The notes: generated by a model from the sequence alone, not told the origin. A stretch of 64,000 nt of DNA from Octopus sinensis (GCF_006345805.1 NC_043026.1:6448001-6512000), one strand, 5' to 3'. Counted from the stretch's first letter, positions 1 through 23,202 are shown. Numbers and translations: made by a program.

Positions 1-620
1 TGGCTGCTATTTCTACCATGTCATCCTACCATGTAGGGGTCACCCTCATTGGCTCATACATACATAGATAAGACAGTAGGGTGTGATTTGAGGGAGATTT
101 GGCTGCTATTTCTACCATGTCATCCTACCATGTAGGGGTCACCCTCATTGGCTCATACATACATAGATAAGACAGTAGGGTGTGATTTGAGGGAGATTTG
201 GCTGCTATTTCTACCAGGTCTAGCTACCATGTAGAGGTCACCCTCATTGGCTCTTACATACATACATAGATAAGAGAGTAGGGTGTGATCTGAGGAAGAT
301 TTGGCTGCTATTTCTACCAGGTCTAGCTACCATGTAGAGGTCTCCCTCATTGGCTCATACATACATATATACATAGATAAGACAGTAGGGTGTGATTTGA
401 GGGAGATTTGGCTGCTATTTCTACCAGGTCTAGCTGCCATGTAGAGGTCTCCCTAATTGGCTCATACATACATATATACATAGATAAGACAGCAGGGTGT
501 GATCTGAGGAAAATTTGGCTGCTATTTCTACCAGGTCATCCTACCAAGTAGGGGTCACCCTCATTGGTTCATACAGACATATACACATAAGTGAGATTTG
601 ACTGCTATTTCTACCATATC
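1..620. repeat. Tandem repeat, 99-107-bp unit, about 6 copies
   Basis: Units start at 1, 100, 199, 302, 409, 516, 599; length varies with an internal (TACA)n. Confidence 0.9.
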
Positions 621-1046
621 AAGCAACCTTGTTGAAGCCACTCCCTGTATTCCTCTTCAGCCTCCACTGCTCCATTAGTTTGTGTGGATCATAGAAACCA
701 TTATACATCTTCTGTGTTTATATAATTACATGTCAAAAACCAAGGCCTTGTACAAACAATGACAGTTGGTGAATGGGTGCCACGGAAACTTTGAATAATA
801 CCCACGAGTCAGGGATTGGTTTCTGGTTTTGGTATTTATAGAACAAGGTTAACGGTTTCCTCATTGCTGTATTTCTTTCCGAGATGCTCTGTGTTTCTTT
901 CAATTGATTTTAAATACAACAAAGAGTTTAATAAAATAACTTTTAAATATAACAAAGAATTTAGTAAAATAACTTTGGGATGTGTGTGTTGTAGGTTGCT
1001 TGAAGCATTGGAATATTAAAGAAGATAAACAGAGAGTTTTATAAAA

Positions 1047-1082
1047 TCTTTATATTTCGGGCAAAGGCCCATCTTCAGAAGA
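1047..1082 (-). ncRNA. Minimal type I hammerhead ribozyme motif (Penelope-like-element type)
   Basis: UCUU-CUGAAGA-U-GGGC(CUUU)GCCC-GAAA-UA-UA-AAGA: core, 4-bp stem II, palindromic AUAU stem III, 4-bp stem I. Confidence 0.6.
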
Positions 1083-1470
1083 AAGAATAGTCTGAGAAAA
1101 GTCCAGTTATGTACCATATTTCTGTTGAGATGCTCTGTGTTTCTTTCAATTAATTTTAAATATAACAAAGAATTTAATAAAATAACTTCATTATCATTCA
1201 GCTAGTGTTAGGAACATAAATTGTGACTAAGGTTTGGTGGAGAGATTTTAATTCAAAACTTATTAAAACAAGACATTTGTACTCAGAGCCGGTTTCAGCT
1301 GGGTTGGTAACAAAAGGGTTAAACACAATTCTACATTTGGGCAGATGCACATTAGAAGCAGTTGGGAGGGTATGGATTGAAGGAAATTTATGCTATTATT
1401 TCTAGCATATAGAGTGACCACATTGAGGTCTCTTTCTCTGATGTCTTCTGCTGATTATTTTTCTTCTTAA

Positions 1471-1692
1471 CCCTTTCGTTACCATATTTATTTCGAGATG
1501 CTCTGTGTTTCTTTCAATTAATCTTAAATATAACAAAGAATTTAGTAAAATGACTTCGTTATCATTAAGCTAGTGTTAGGAACATAAATTGTGACTAAAG
1601 TTTGGTGGAAGATTTTAATTCAAAACTTATGAAAACAAGACATTTGTACAACAGAGCCAGAGGTGGTTTCAGCCGGGTTGGTAATGAAAGGG
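1471..1692 (+). mobile_element. piggyBac-type MITE, 222 bp
   Basis: TTAA on both sides; 13-bp TIR CCCTTTCGTTACC / GGTAATGAAAGGG; partial copies at about 870, 1112-1318, 5855 and 47293. Confidence 0.8.
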
Positions 1693-2414
1693 TTAAGGAA
1701 TAAGGAAAAGGGTCGCATTAGGATGGTCACAGCTGGAACATCTTTGATCTCCGGTCAATAATAAGGAAGGACACATTTGAGAATGTAGTCCTAGATAAAC
1801 TGTATAAACTGTCCTAGATAAACTGTATAAAAGACAGGATGGTCACAGGTGGAATATCTTTGATCTCAGGTCTGTTGGATCAGGACTGACCTGGGGTTAA
1901 ACAACAACAATAACAAAGAAGGACACATTAAAAAGTATAGTCCTAGATACACTATGCCTGAATGAAAGAAAGGATGATCATAGCTGGAACATCTTTGATC
2001 TCAGGTCTCTCTGGACCAGAGGAGACCTGGGGTTGAACAATTAAACAACACTCATTAGATAATGTAGTCCTAGATACACTATGCCTGAATCTAAGACAGG
2101 ATGGTCACAGCTGGAACATCTTTGATCAAAGATCTGCTAAACCAGGACTGACCTGGGGCTAAACAACCTCACCATGTATTCAATTTTATATTCTGTTATT
2201 CTAATATTGGTTTCTGCAAGAGGCTGTGGCCATTCTGGAGCATCACCATTAAAATGTCCCTAAGTGGGTGTTATGATTACTTTCCAATCGCAGTACTCCA
2301 GCTTGGTCGTATCTCTTGGCAGAAACCAATGATAAAATTTTTTAAATAATTTTTTTTATATAATTAATTGCAGTGACAGTCAAATTGATTAATTAAACTA
2401 ATTAAATTAATTAG

Positions 2415-11642
<9,228 letters not shown>

Positions 11643-11729
11643 ACCGCAGTTGTCCTGACCCGACCCGACCCGACCCGACCTCAGTATGACCTGGATTGAT
11701 CTCTCTGCTGACCTTACCAAACCAAAATC

Positions 11730-11735
11730 AATAAA
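11730..11735 (+). terminator. Candidate GALE polyadenylation signal AATAAA
   Basis: First AATAAA after the stop, about 90 nt downstream; later sites also possible. Confidence 0.4.
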
Positions 11736-12000
11736 ACCAGACCAAGACCAGACTCTTCATCTTTTTGACTCCTCAAACTCCATCATACAGAGATGAGTTC
11801 ACACGATGGGGGTGGGTGGGGCCTCTATCAACACACGTCTTTACTGCTGCATATATATGTGTGTGTGTGTGTATACACACAAACATACATATACACATAT
11901 GTATGTATAAATACATACTAACTGTTGTGATACGAAAATCAAATTAAATAATATTTTGAAATAATTTCTATTATAACATAAAAACAAACAGTATATACAA

Positions 12001-12035
<35 letters not shown>

Positions 12036-12240
12036 GATAGATAGATAGATAGATAAATATTTGCATAGGTTTATACATGCAGGAGTGGCTGTGTGGTAAG
12101 TAGCTTGCTAACCAACCACATGGTTCCGGGTTCAGTCCCACTGCGTGGCATCTTGGGCAAGTGTCTTCTGCTATAGCCCCGGGCCGACCAATGCCTTGTG
12201 AGTGGATTTGGTAGACGGAAACTGAAAGAAGCCTGTCGTA

Positions 12241-12281
<41 letters not shown>

Positions 12282-13700
12282 ATATATATGTATATATATG
12301 TATGTGTGTATATATATGTATATATATATGTATGTGTGTATATATATGTATATATATATGTATGTGTGTATATATATGTATATATATATGTATGTGTGTA
12401 TATATATGTATATATATATGTATGTGTGTATATATATGTATATATATATGTATGTGTGTATATATATATGTATATATATATGTATGTGTGTATATATATA
12501 TGTATATATATATGTATGTGTGTATATATATATTTGTATATATATATGTATGTGTGTATATATATATATATATATATGTTTATATGCATATGTATGTGTG
12601 TGTATATATATGCATATGTATGTGTGTATATATGCTTGTGTGTGTATATATGCACACACAAATATACATAAAATATATATATAAAATAGCATCTACATAG
12701 TCTGTTGGAAATCCCTTTAGATAGGAAAAAGTTGTTTTTCTTGCAGTCAAAGGTATTTTTTAACCCCATTATTCTACATGCTATTAATTAAAACTTTATC
12801 TACTTCGAAAACAAATTATTTCACGTTCTCTCAATGTTTCTAAAATTCCCATGATGTGTGTCTATCCTCCTGGTCAAGTGCTGTTACTCCGCTAACCAGT
12901 CTTGGTCAGGTCTCAAGGTCAAACTTACATAAGGAGGGGTCAGCAGTTACAACAATACAATGACAACGATGATGATGATGGGGTTATAATGGGTCCTCAA
13001 ACTTAAAAGGACGGGAAATTCTGATTTGCATAGGGTCCAGTACTGAACTTTTGAAGGCATTTGAAAACTGGGCTAAATAATGGAACTAACTAATATATAT
13101 TTTTGGTGGGGGTTGTTGTTCATTTTATTCTGAATGTATTCCAGGGGAACGGGGATGGAGGCAGGGAGATAAATCAGGGAACTTTTGAATGGAGAGAGAC
13201 TTAAGTGGTGGTGGTGGTGGTGGAGGGTGGGCAGGTAGTAAGGGACCAGATTTTATACGCACACATTAATATACATACATACATATATATATCAAAAATA
13301 AGGGTGAAAAAATTGGATATTAATTTAATAATACCATCAATTTAACACCAAGCAGCTTAGCGCATAAAAACCAGGGATACAATAAAAATTATACCCAAAT
13401 ATAAGAGTGTCCACTATATGGTCGACTCTTGTGCTTAAAATAGATCCGCTATGGTCTCAACCACCAAGAATTGTTCCCAAGGAGAATCAGCACAACTATG
13501 AGCGTAAACTATGAGACCATGGCGGATCTATTTTTAGCGCAAGAGTCGACCACATAGTGGACACTCTCTTATATTTGTATATATATATATATATTGAGAA
13601 CGTATGGTCTAGTGGACAGAGTGCTGCCCTCATGATCACAAGGTCATAGTTTCAGTTCCTAGACCGGGTGGTGCGTTGTATTCTTGAGGAAAATGCTTAA

Positions 13701-13922
13701 CCCTTTCGATACCAACCCGACTGAAACCACCTCTGGCTCTGTAGTACAAATGTCTTGTTTTCATAAGTTCTGAATTAAAATCTTCCACCAAACCTTAGTC
13801 ACAATTTATGTTCCTAGCACTAGCTGAATGATAACAAAGTTATTTTACTAAATTCTTTCTTATATTCAAAATTAATTGAAAGAAACACAGAGCATCTCAA
13901 CAGTATTATGGTAACAAAAGGG
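13701..13922 (-). mobile_element. piggyBac-type MITE, 222 bp, reverse copy
   Basis: TTAA flanks, same TIRs; a truncated copy follows at 14075-14265. Confidence 0.8.
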
Positions 13923-14889
13923 TTAAGAAGAAAAATAATCAGCAGAAGACATGAGAGAAGGAGACCTCAATGTGGTCACTGTATATGCTAGAAATAACAG
14001 CTTAAATTTCCTTCAATCCACACCCTTCCAACTGCTTCTAATGTGCATCTGCCCAAATGTAGAGGTGTGTTTAACCCTTTCGTTACCAACCCGGCCGAAA
14101 CCAGCTCTGGCTCTGTAGTACAAATGACTTGTTTTCATAAGTTCTGAATTAAAATCTTCCACCAAACCTTAGTCACAATTTATGTTCCTAACACTAGCTT
14201 AATGATAACCAAGTTATTTTACTAAATTCTTTGTTATATTTAAAATTAATTGAAAGAGACACAGACCACTGGGCCATTGCGCCTCCACATTATATTATAT
14301 ATATATATATATATAATGTGTATGTATATTATATACATAAGTGTATAGATTTATATAATCAGGGGAGATGGGAGTTATTGGCTCTCGTGGCCCCTTTTTT
14401 TGATGCAGATCTAAGTAGACATAGACGTTCTTCCTGCCTTCACCGTTTCTTTCCCCTCCCCTTCTCTCCTTACTCACTCCCACCACTTCTCTCCTCCTCC
14501 TCCTCTTCTTTCTACTCTCCTTCTACTGTTCAAGTCTGGTTTTCTATTTTCCAAGGGTTATATATTTTTCTTATTTGCAACAGCCAAATTGCTGAATAAA
14601 TTATTAAGAAAATACATTTGAGAAGGAAAATAAAATAAAATAAAATACATTTATAGAAAAGCAATAAACAAAAAATATTTGAGAAAATTTTCATATTTTT
14701 GTTTGAGAAATTCTTTTGAATATATATATGTGTGTGTGTGTGTGGTAAGTAGCTTGTTTACCAACCACATGGTTCCGGGTTCAGTCCCATTGCGTGGCAC
14801 CTTGGGCAAGTGTCTTTTACTATAGCCCCAGGCCGACCAATGCCTTGTGAGTGGATTTGGTAGACGGAAACTGAAAGAAGCCCATCGTA

Positions 14890-14932
<43 letters not shown>

Positions 14933-15803
14933 TTGTGTGTCTGTGATTGTCTCCCTAGCATCGCTTGACAACCGATGCTGGTGTGTTTATGTCCCCGTTA
15001 CCTAGCGGTTCGGCAAAAGAGACTGATAGAATAAGTACTGGGCTTACAAAAGAATAAGTCCCGGGGTCGATTTGCTTGATTTAAGGCGGTGCTCCAGCAT
15101 GGCCGCAGTCAAATGACTGAAACAAATAAACAAGTATGTGTGTGTGTGTGTAATAAAACAGCTCCCAGCCTCCGAGAAGAACAGGACCAGGGTCCTAAAG
15201 GCAGTATCAGGGACGACGAAGAGATGCTCCAGCTGGGTCTGGTGGAAGAGGAACAAAACCGTTTGAAGACTATTTTTGGTGTTAATGCTAAGGGAAGTAA
15301 CTCTTACCACACACCCACTCCTACGCCTAAAGTTATTACTCTTTTACTTGTTTCAGTCATTTGACTGCGGCCATGCTGGAGCACCGACTTTAGTCGAGCA
15401 ACTCGAACCCGGGACTTATTCTTTTGTAAGCCCAGTACTTATTCTATCGGTCTCTTTTGCCGAACCGCTAAGTGACGGGGACGTAAACACACCAGCATCG
15501 GTTGTCAAGCAATGCTAGGGGGACAAACACAGACATATATACGACGGGCTTCTTTCAGTTTCCGTCTACCAAATCCACTTACAAGGCTTTGGTCGGCCCG
15601 AGGCTTTAGTAGAAGACACTTGCCCAAGGTGCCATGCAGTGGGACTGAACCCGGAACCATGTGGTTGGTAAACAAGCTACTTACCACACAGCCACTCCTG
15701 CGTTATGTTTAATAAAAAAAAAAACTTATTTACCTAATTTTTTTACATCATTTCCTTTGAAATGGTCACCTTTTGCAGCAATATACCAACCTCAGTGTAA
15801 GAT

Positions 15804-16034
15804 GGTGAGCTGGCAGAATCGTTAGCACGCCGGGCGAAATGCTTAGCGGGATTTCGTCTGTCTTTACGTTCTGAGTTCAAATTCCTCCGAGGTCGACTTT
15901 GCCTTTCATCCTTTCAGGGTCGATAAATTAAGTACCAGTTACACACTGGGGTCGATGTAATCGACTTAATACCTATGTCTATCCTTGTTTGTCCCCTCTG
16001 TGTTTAGCCCCTTGTGGGTAGTAAAGAAATAGGT
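15804..16034 (+). mobile_element. tRNA-derived SINE family B
   Basis: Head GGTGAGCTGGCAGAATCGTTAGC...GAGTTCAAATTCC. Other copies: 8685-8790, 24485-24625, 28401-28630 (+); 18505-18865, 29164-29390, 47500-47710, 48460-48715, 57895-58110, 61680-61885 (-). Confidence 0.85.
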
Positions 16035-16169
16035 ATTTCGTCTGCTGCTACGTTCTGAGTTCAAATTCCACCGAGGTCGACTTTGCCTTTCATCCTTTAG
16101 GGGTCAATAAATGAAATACCAACTGGCCCCGTCCCCCAAAATTTCAGGTCTTGTAGAAAAAAAATATAT

Positions 16170-16800
16170 CAGTCTCAGTGTTTCCTGCCACGTTTGGAAT
16201 CTAATCTGGAAGGTGTTTTCCATAAATAAGTCAAGGGTCTTCTGTTATTTGCTCTGGATGACCTTTGGGGAAGAGATGGAAGTCTACGGGTGCTAAACCT
16301 GGTGAATAGGTGCAGAAGGGATCCCATGTTGTTGTTGGTGAGAAACTCACAAATGAGAACTCAATGGCAAGGTGCATTGTTATTTGGAAAGAACCCAGTT
16401 CTTTGCACTCCACAGATCCGGTTGCTTTCACTGATTGTCCTCCTTTAAACACTTCAAAACATCACAGTAGAACTCTTGATTGATGGCCTGTCCCCTAGGG
16501 GACAAATCCTTGATGCCCGACACCACATTTCCGGGGGGTCACGCTTGTGGCAGGTCTTCGAGATCGCTTATTGTCTTCCACTTTTGAGGCACCTGTGCCA
16601 TGCAAGACATTGTGTACGACCCATTGCCCCATCGCCGTAACCTTGCCGAAGCATTCTCGATGTCTTTGTAGCAGAGTTCCCAAGTTTAACGCAAAATTTC
16701 ATAAGGGACAATCTGGATAAGGTCGGGTTTTCAGAAAAAGAAATCAGGCAGCTAACCTGCACACAACAGATACACCCTGATCTCAGAGCCATGCCACCTG
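16170..16800 (-). mobile_element. Degenerate, internally deleted mariner
   Basis: Remnants FCVKLGNSATKTSRMLRQGYGD, EDNKRSRRP and YSPGLAPVDFHLFP in different frames. Confidence 0.8.
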
Positions 16801-17374
16801 TTGAGTGATCTTACTTCAGAGACCCCTTAACTCCAATTTAGTTGCTTGTATTTGTGATCCTACTCTTTCAGGTGTTGCTGGTTAGTTACATGAATGGGAG
16901 ACCCTGCGTGAATGATGTAACAACACCCTGTGAACATTTAATACTAACTTTTATTTCACTACAGAATATTTAAGTTGGTCACGAATTAGTTCTGCAACAT
17001 TCAGAAATAATTGATTACAGAAGCTCTGTATTGAAGCTTGCGAAGAGAGGAGAAAACAGACACATTCGATTCATATTGGCCACGTATAACGACAACATAT
17101 CCAGGTGGAAGCGAAATATAATAAGATCTTGTTTGGAAACAGGCCAGGATTGGTGACAGGAACAGTATCCAACCATAGAAATATCTTGCCTGACCCAGGC
17201 AAGCATAAGTGCAGAAATGAAATTGACTCAGTTTTGTAGGAGAATGTTCAAAGCGTCTTCATGGCCCACCAAACATTTTAGTGAGTAATCTTGTACTGAA
17301 GCTTGTGCAAGCAAGCATGGAAAAAGCTTATGGTAAATAATGACGATTACCCAGATATCCGTCAGCGAGACCAA

Positions 17375-17698
17375 CTATTTGCCTTTGTGTGTTCTTTTCT
17401 GCTTTGTTAAATAAGTTGTTGAAGTGAAAGATTTTCTACATATTTCACAATTAAACAAGTTTTCTCCCGTGTGTCTTCGTCTGTGCTTTGTTTAATGACT
17501 GTTACAGACGAAAGATTTCTTACAGATTTCACAACCATGCGGCCTTTCACAAGTGTGACTCAGATTATGCACTGAAAGGCTAGAATTATCAGAGAAACAT
17601 TCCCCACAAATGTCACACTGCTGTGGTTTCTCTCCCGTATGCATTCATGTGTGTATTTTTAAGCTAGAACGGTTTGCTTTCACATCTTAAATATCACA
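17375..17698 (-). pseudogene. C2H2 zinc-finger pseudogene, about 4 degenerate fingers
   Basis: Minus strand reads [104 protein letters not shown], with three in-frame stops; absent from the ORF track. Confidence 0.9.
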
Positions 17699-18889
17699 GA
17701 CTGGCGATCTTTCGTCTCTAGTAGACCTTTCCGTCGATTTCCGTAATATGGGCTTGTGGGAACTTTTGAAGTAATATACATACATATACACACACACACA
17801 TACACACATACATACATATACACATACACCGAGTAAAAAATTTCAGTTATCTCTCTCTTTCACACACACTAACAGAAGCACTTCACTTACACAACATACT
17901 GCCTGTCTCCCACACCCCATCAAACACACACACACACACATGTACATCAATGCTTCCCCTGGACGGTAACTTCAAAAGAACTTCCCTCGTCATACAATCG
18001 CTTTCTCTTAGTCTCTTTCGCTCTCATTACTTCAAAAGTTCCCGCAAGCCCATATGTAAAAAAAAAAAAAATTTTACGGAAATCTTCTCTTTACACACCT
18101 GGAACACATTAAAATTTAGATACCTTTTCTACTCACCAGGAGAAAAATGTTTGATTCGAAGTAAAGAAGTTCGGATTGATTTGTTGTTGTTGATTAAAAG
18201 TCATTTCCCGCCGTTTCTGCAAAACAGGGAACAAATTAATTAACGAAGGTAATTTCTGTGATGAAATAAAATATTTAATGATGAGTTCGATGGAACATAC
18301 CGACCCAGGAACACTTGGCGGTCGACTTCGTCTTAGCTACAAACATTAACGTTCACTTGAGCGGGAGATAATTACTAAACAAGTCATTAATTAAATTAAC
18401 TCGACTAATTAGTAGGCGGTGCCGTCGAGGACTTTCTTGTTTGAATGAAAGCGGTGTTATATGTGAGAAGTCCCTGGCGTAATTTAATACAGCACCAGAC
18501 CTATTTCATTACTACCCACAAGGGGCTAAACACAGAGGAGACAAACAAGGACAGACAGACGAATTAAGTCAATTATATCGACCTCAGTGCGTAACTGGTA
18601 CTTAATTTATCGACACCGAAAGAATGAAATGCAAAGTTAACCTCGGTGGAATTTGAACTCAGAACGTAGCGGCAGATGAAATACGTATTTCTTTACTAAA
18701 CAAGGACAGACAATAGGATTAAGTCGATCATATCGACCCCAGTGCGTAACTGGTACTTATTATTTAATCGACCCCGAAAGGATGAAAGGCAAAGTCGACC
18801 TCGGCGGAATTCGAACCCAGAACGTAACAGCAGACGAAATACCGCAAAGCGTCTCGCCCGGCGCGAGTAATTAAGATAAAATAGAGTTA

Positions 18890-19185
18890 CTTCCCCTGAC
18901 ACACTCGCTGTTATTACTCTCCCCCGCCCACAAATCTCTTTCATTCTTTTCCCCGACGGGCACTTCCTCCTTTCTTAATTACTTCATCTGATCCGGTCTT
19001 TTAACGACTATTTAAGACGATCCAATTAATTATAGATGACGAATGATAATTAGTTAACCGCGTAAAATATAGATCGTTTCATTATTATTATTTTGAAAGC
19101 GTGAATCCAACTTATTTTCCTGTAAAGACTCCTGATCCGATCTCGTCTTCTTTGGATCCTGGGTCCTGGGGCTAAACGTGAATAT
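18890..19185 (+). promoter_or_regulatory. Probable promoter and non-coding first exon of the downstream ZNF gene
   Basis: GC box CCCCGCCC 18922-18929, CACTTCC at 18961, CpG-rich; donor TAT|GTAAGT at 19185/19186. Confidence 0.45.
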
Positions 19186-19509
19186 GTAAGTATTATTTAT
19201 ATCTCTAAATATATATTTATATATTGTCATCGTCCACATTTATTTAATTCCTAATTACTTAGACATCTTCTGACATATTCCGTTTCATAGGGACACACAC
19301 ACACACACACACACACGCGATTATTCGGGTAAATTTTTACACAGTCATTTGACTGCGGCCATGCTGGGGCACCGCCTTTAGTCGAGCAAATCGACCCCGG
19401 GACTTATTCTTTGTAAGCCCAGTACTTATTCTATCGGTCCCTTTTGTCGAACCGCTACGTTACGGAGACGTAAACACACCAACATCAAACGATTGTGGGA
19501 CACAAATAC

Positions 19510-19564
<55 letters not shown>

Positions 19565-19582
19565 CGTCTGTTTGTCTGTCTG

Positions 19583-19613
<31 letters not shown>

Positions 19614-19616
19614 GTT

Positions 19617-19668
<52 letters not shown>

Positions 19669-19939
19669 ACGGGCTTCTTTCAGTTTCCATCTACCAAATC
19701 CACTCACAAGGCTTTGGTCGGCCCGTGGTCATAGTAGAAGACACTTGCTCAAGGTCCCACACAGTGGGACTGAACCTGGAACCATGTGGTTGGGAGTTCT
19801 TTTGGTATGCCGAAATAGCTTTTATATTTCTTTAAAAGCCTCGTACTAATTCTATCGTGTCCTATGTCGAACCGCTAAGTTACGGGGAACGTAAATACAC
19901 CAATACCGGTTGTCATGCAGTGGTAGGTGGCAACAGACA

Positions 19940-19984
<45 letters not shown>

Positions 19985-20793
19985 CATACATACATACATA
20001 CATACACACACACGACGAGCTTCTTTCAGCTGGTGGGGTTCTGTTTTACTCAGGGCATATAAACCCCTCATAACTTCTTTATTTTGGGGGGGATTTTCAG
20101 ATAATTTTTGCATAGTCGTTTAAATTAAGTTATGAGGGATAATATGTCGCGCGTGAATTATAATTCCACCTTTCAGTTTCCGTCTACCAAATCCACTCAC
20201 AAGGTTTCGGTCAGCCCAAGGCTATAGTGGAAGACAATTGGCCAAAGTACCACGCAGCGGGACTGAACCTGGAACCATGTTGTTGGGAAGCGATCTTAGC
20301 TGAATGTCTGATGTTGTTATAAATCACTGACCACAATGCGCTTCCTGTTCTTTCTTGATTGTGCCCTTCTTTTCCTCCTTGGCCGAAATCTCATAACCGA
20401 ATCGTAATTTCTAGTATTTGAGTTCATATCCTGCAGAAACCAACCTTACCATTATTCATTCCCTCCCGGGGTCGATATAATTAAGTCCCAGTGAAGAAAC
20501 TCCTGTCCTGATATTGCAGGCTTTGTTCTTAAATCACAAACACTACATCTACGTTATAGCTACATCTTCTTTGATGTATCCTCTGTGGCATAAAATAAAT
20601 GTTTTTAACGGTTCATTACGTAAATGTTTCGTTTTGTTTTTGCTACACCATTCCAATTTTTCGTATTTCCCACATTTTAATATTGAATAGAAAGAGAAAG
20701 TTTTTGTATTTCTTAATGTCAGTTTCTGTTTAGGTGCTTAAAAAATTTGAAAGGAAATTGATTCGGAATTAGAGCAGTAACATTAAATAATTT

Positions 20794-21204
20794 GGATCTT
20801 TTTGGTTTGAACGGCAGTTTTTTAAAATAATTTCCACGTAACTAAACACTTTTAAACTTCGTATACTGATAGAATGTGTCAAATAAAACATCTTTTTCTC
20901 TTGGCTTTATTGAGAAAATTCTATGGTTTGTAAGATATTTGATGTTTTTTTTCTTCAATTTCTGCAATTTCAACCAATCACTGACGTCTATTGAGGTGAA
21001 AACATTCTGTGCCGTATGAATATGCCCCTTGTTTAAGAAACAGATTGGGTTTATTTACATTTGTGAAGAAAAAAGATACCCTTCCCCCCACCCCTAACCC
21101 TAAAACAGATTGAAATGCAATAGATCGATACTAAGGTCATAATTATGGGTAACAATTTCATATGACACCGCTAGAAAAACCTGCCTGTCAAACCGAAAAG
21201 ATCC
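20794..21204. mobile_element. Mutator-like MITE, 411 bp
   Basis: About 30-bp TIRs starting GGATCTTTT; exact 11-bp direct repeat TTAAATAATTT at 20783-20793 and 21205-21215. Confidence 0.75.
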
Positions 21205-21777
21205 TTAAATAATTTAATGGAAGCAACAGAAAGTGTGAGAAAAAGGGGACTAATAAAAAATTTTTGTACTAAAATTAAGACATATGGCACAATGTGTGCC
21301 AAAAGATTGATTTCAAATTTTGGCACCGCCTTTAGTCGAGGAAATCGACCCCAGGACTTATTCTTTGTAAGCCTAGTACTTATTCTATTGGTCTCTTTTG
21401 CTGAACCGCTTAGTGACGGGGACGTAAACACGCCAGCATCAGTTGTCAAGCGATGTTGGGGGACAAACACAGACCCAAACACACACACACACACATATAT
21501 ACGACTGGCTTCTTTCGGTTTCCGTCTACCAAATCCACTCACAGGGTTTCGGTCAGCCCGAAGCTATAGTAGAAGACACTTGCCCAAGTTGCCACGCAGT
21601 GGGACTGAACTCAGAACCATGTGGTTGGTAAGCAAGCTACATACCTATTTCTTTATCAAATACCTATTTCCAGCTACATACCACACAGCCACTCCTGTGC
21701 CTATATACACGTTAAACTATGGTATATCCTATTTATTGAATACTCCATTCATATCTCCTGTTACTTTATCATTTCAG

Positions 21778-21847
21778 ATTAACAGACGATGACGTCAGCC
21801 TAACGAAGAGGTTTTACTTCAGTGGATTCTCTAATCAAGCCGCCATG
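21778..21847 (+). CDS. ZNF exon ending in the initiator ATG (21845-21847)
   Basis: tttatcatttcag acceptor; exon ends GCCGCCATG|GTATGA; phase 0 to the acceptor at 22224 keeps the ZNF frame. Confidence 0.6.
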
Positions 21848-22224
21848 GTATGAAACCCATTTAAACCAAGCATCTATAAATCCACGGAAGATTTACTGTG
21901 AAATATTTCCTCATTAACTAAAATTAATTATAAAATTCCTCTACTTTGTTGTCTTGAGTGTATGCATACAAGATCGCCGACATCATTGTTTAACTTCCAC
22001 ATTCCATGCTAGCATGGGTTGGACGGTTTGACTGAGGACTGGCAAGCCAGGAGACTGCACCAGACTCCAATTTAATTTGGTAAGGTTTCTACAGCTGGAT
22101 GTCCTTCCTAATGCCAACCACTCTGTGAGTGTAGTGGGTGTTTTTTATGTGGCACCATACAAAATGGTTTTGTATTTTAATTAAACCTGGACAAATTTAC
22201 CAAGGAGTTTTTTCGCACCACCAG

Positions 22225-23202
<978 letters not shown>

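Noticed and set aside
21217-21792. 191-aa ORF and similar ORFs with [22 protein letters not shown] or CHRHGSQSRRHW
   Set aside because: Recurrent translations of SINE-A and the monomer-array retroposon
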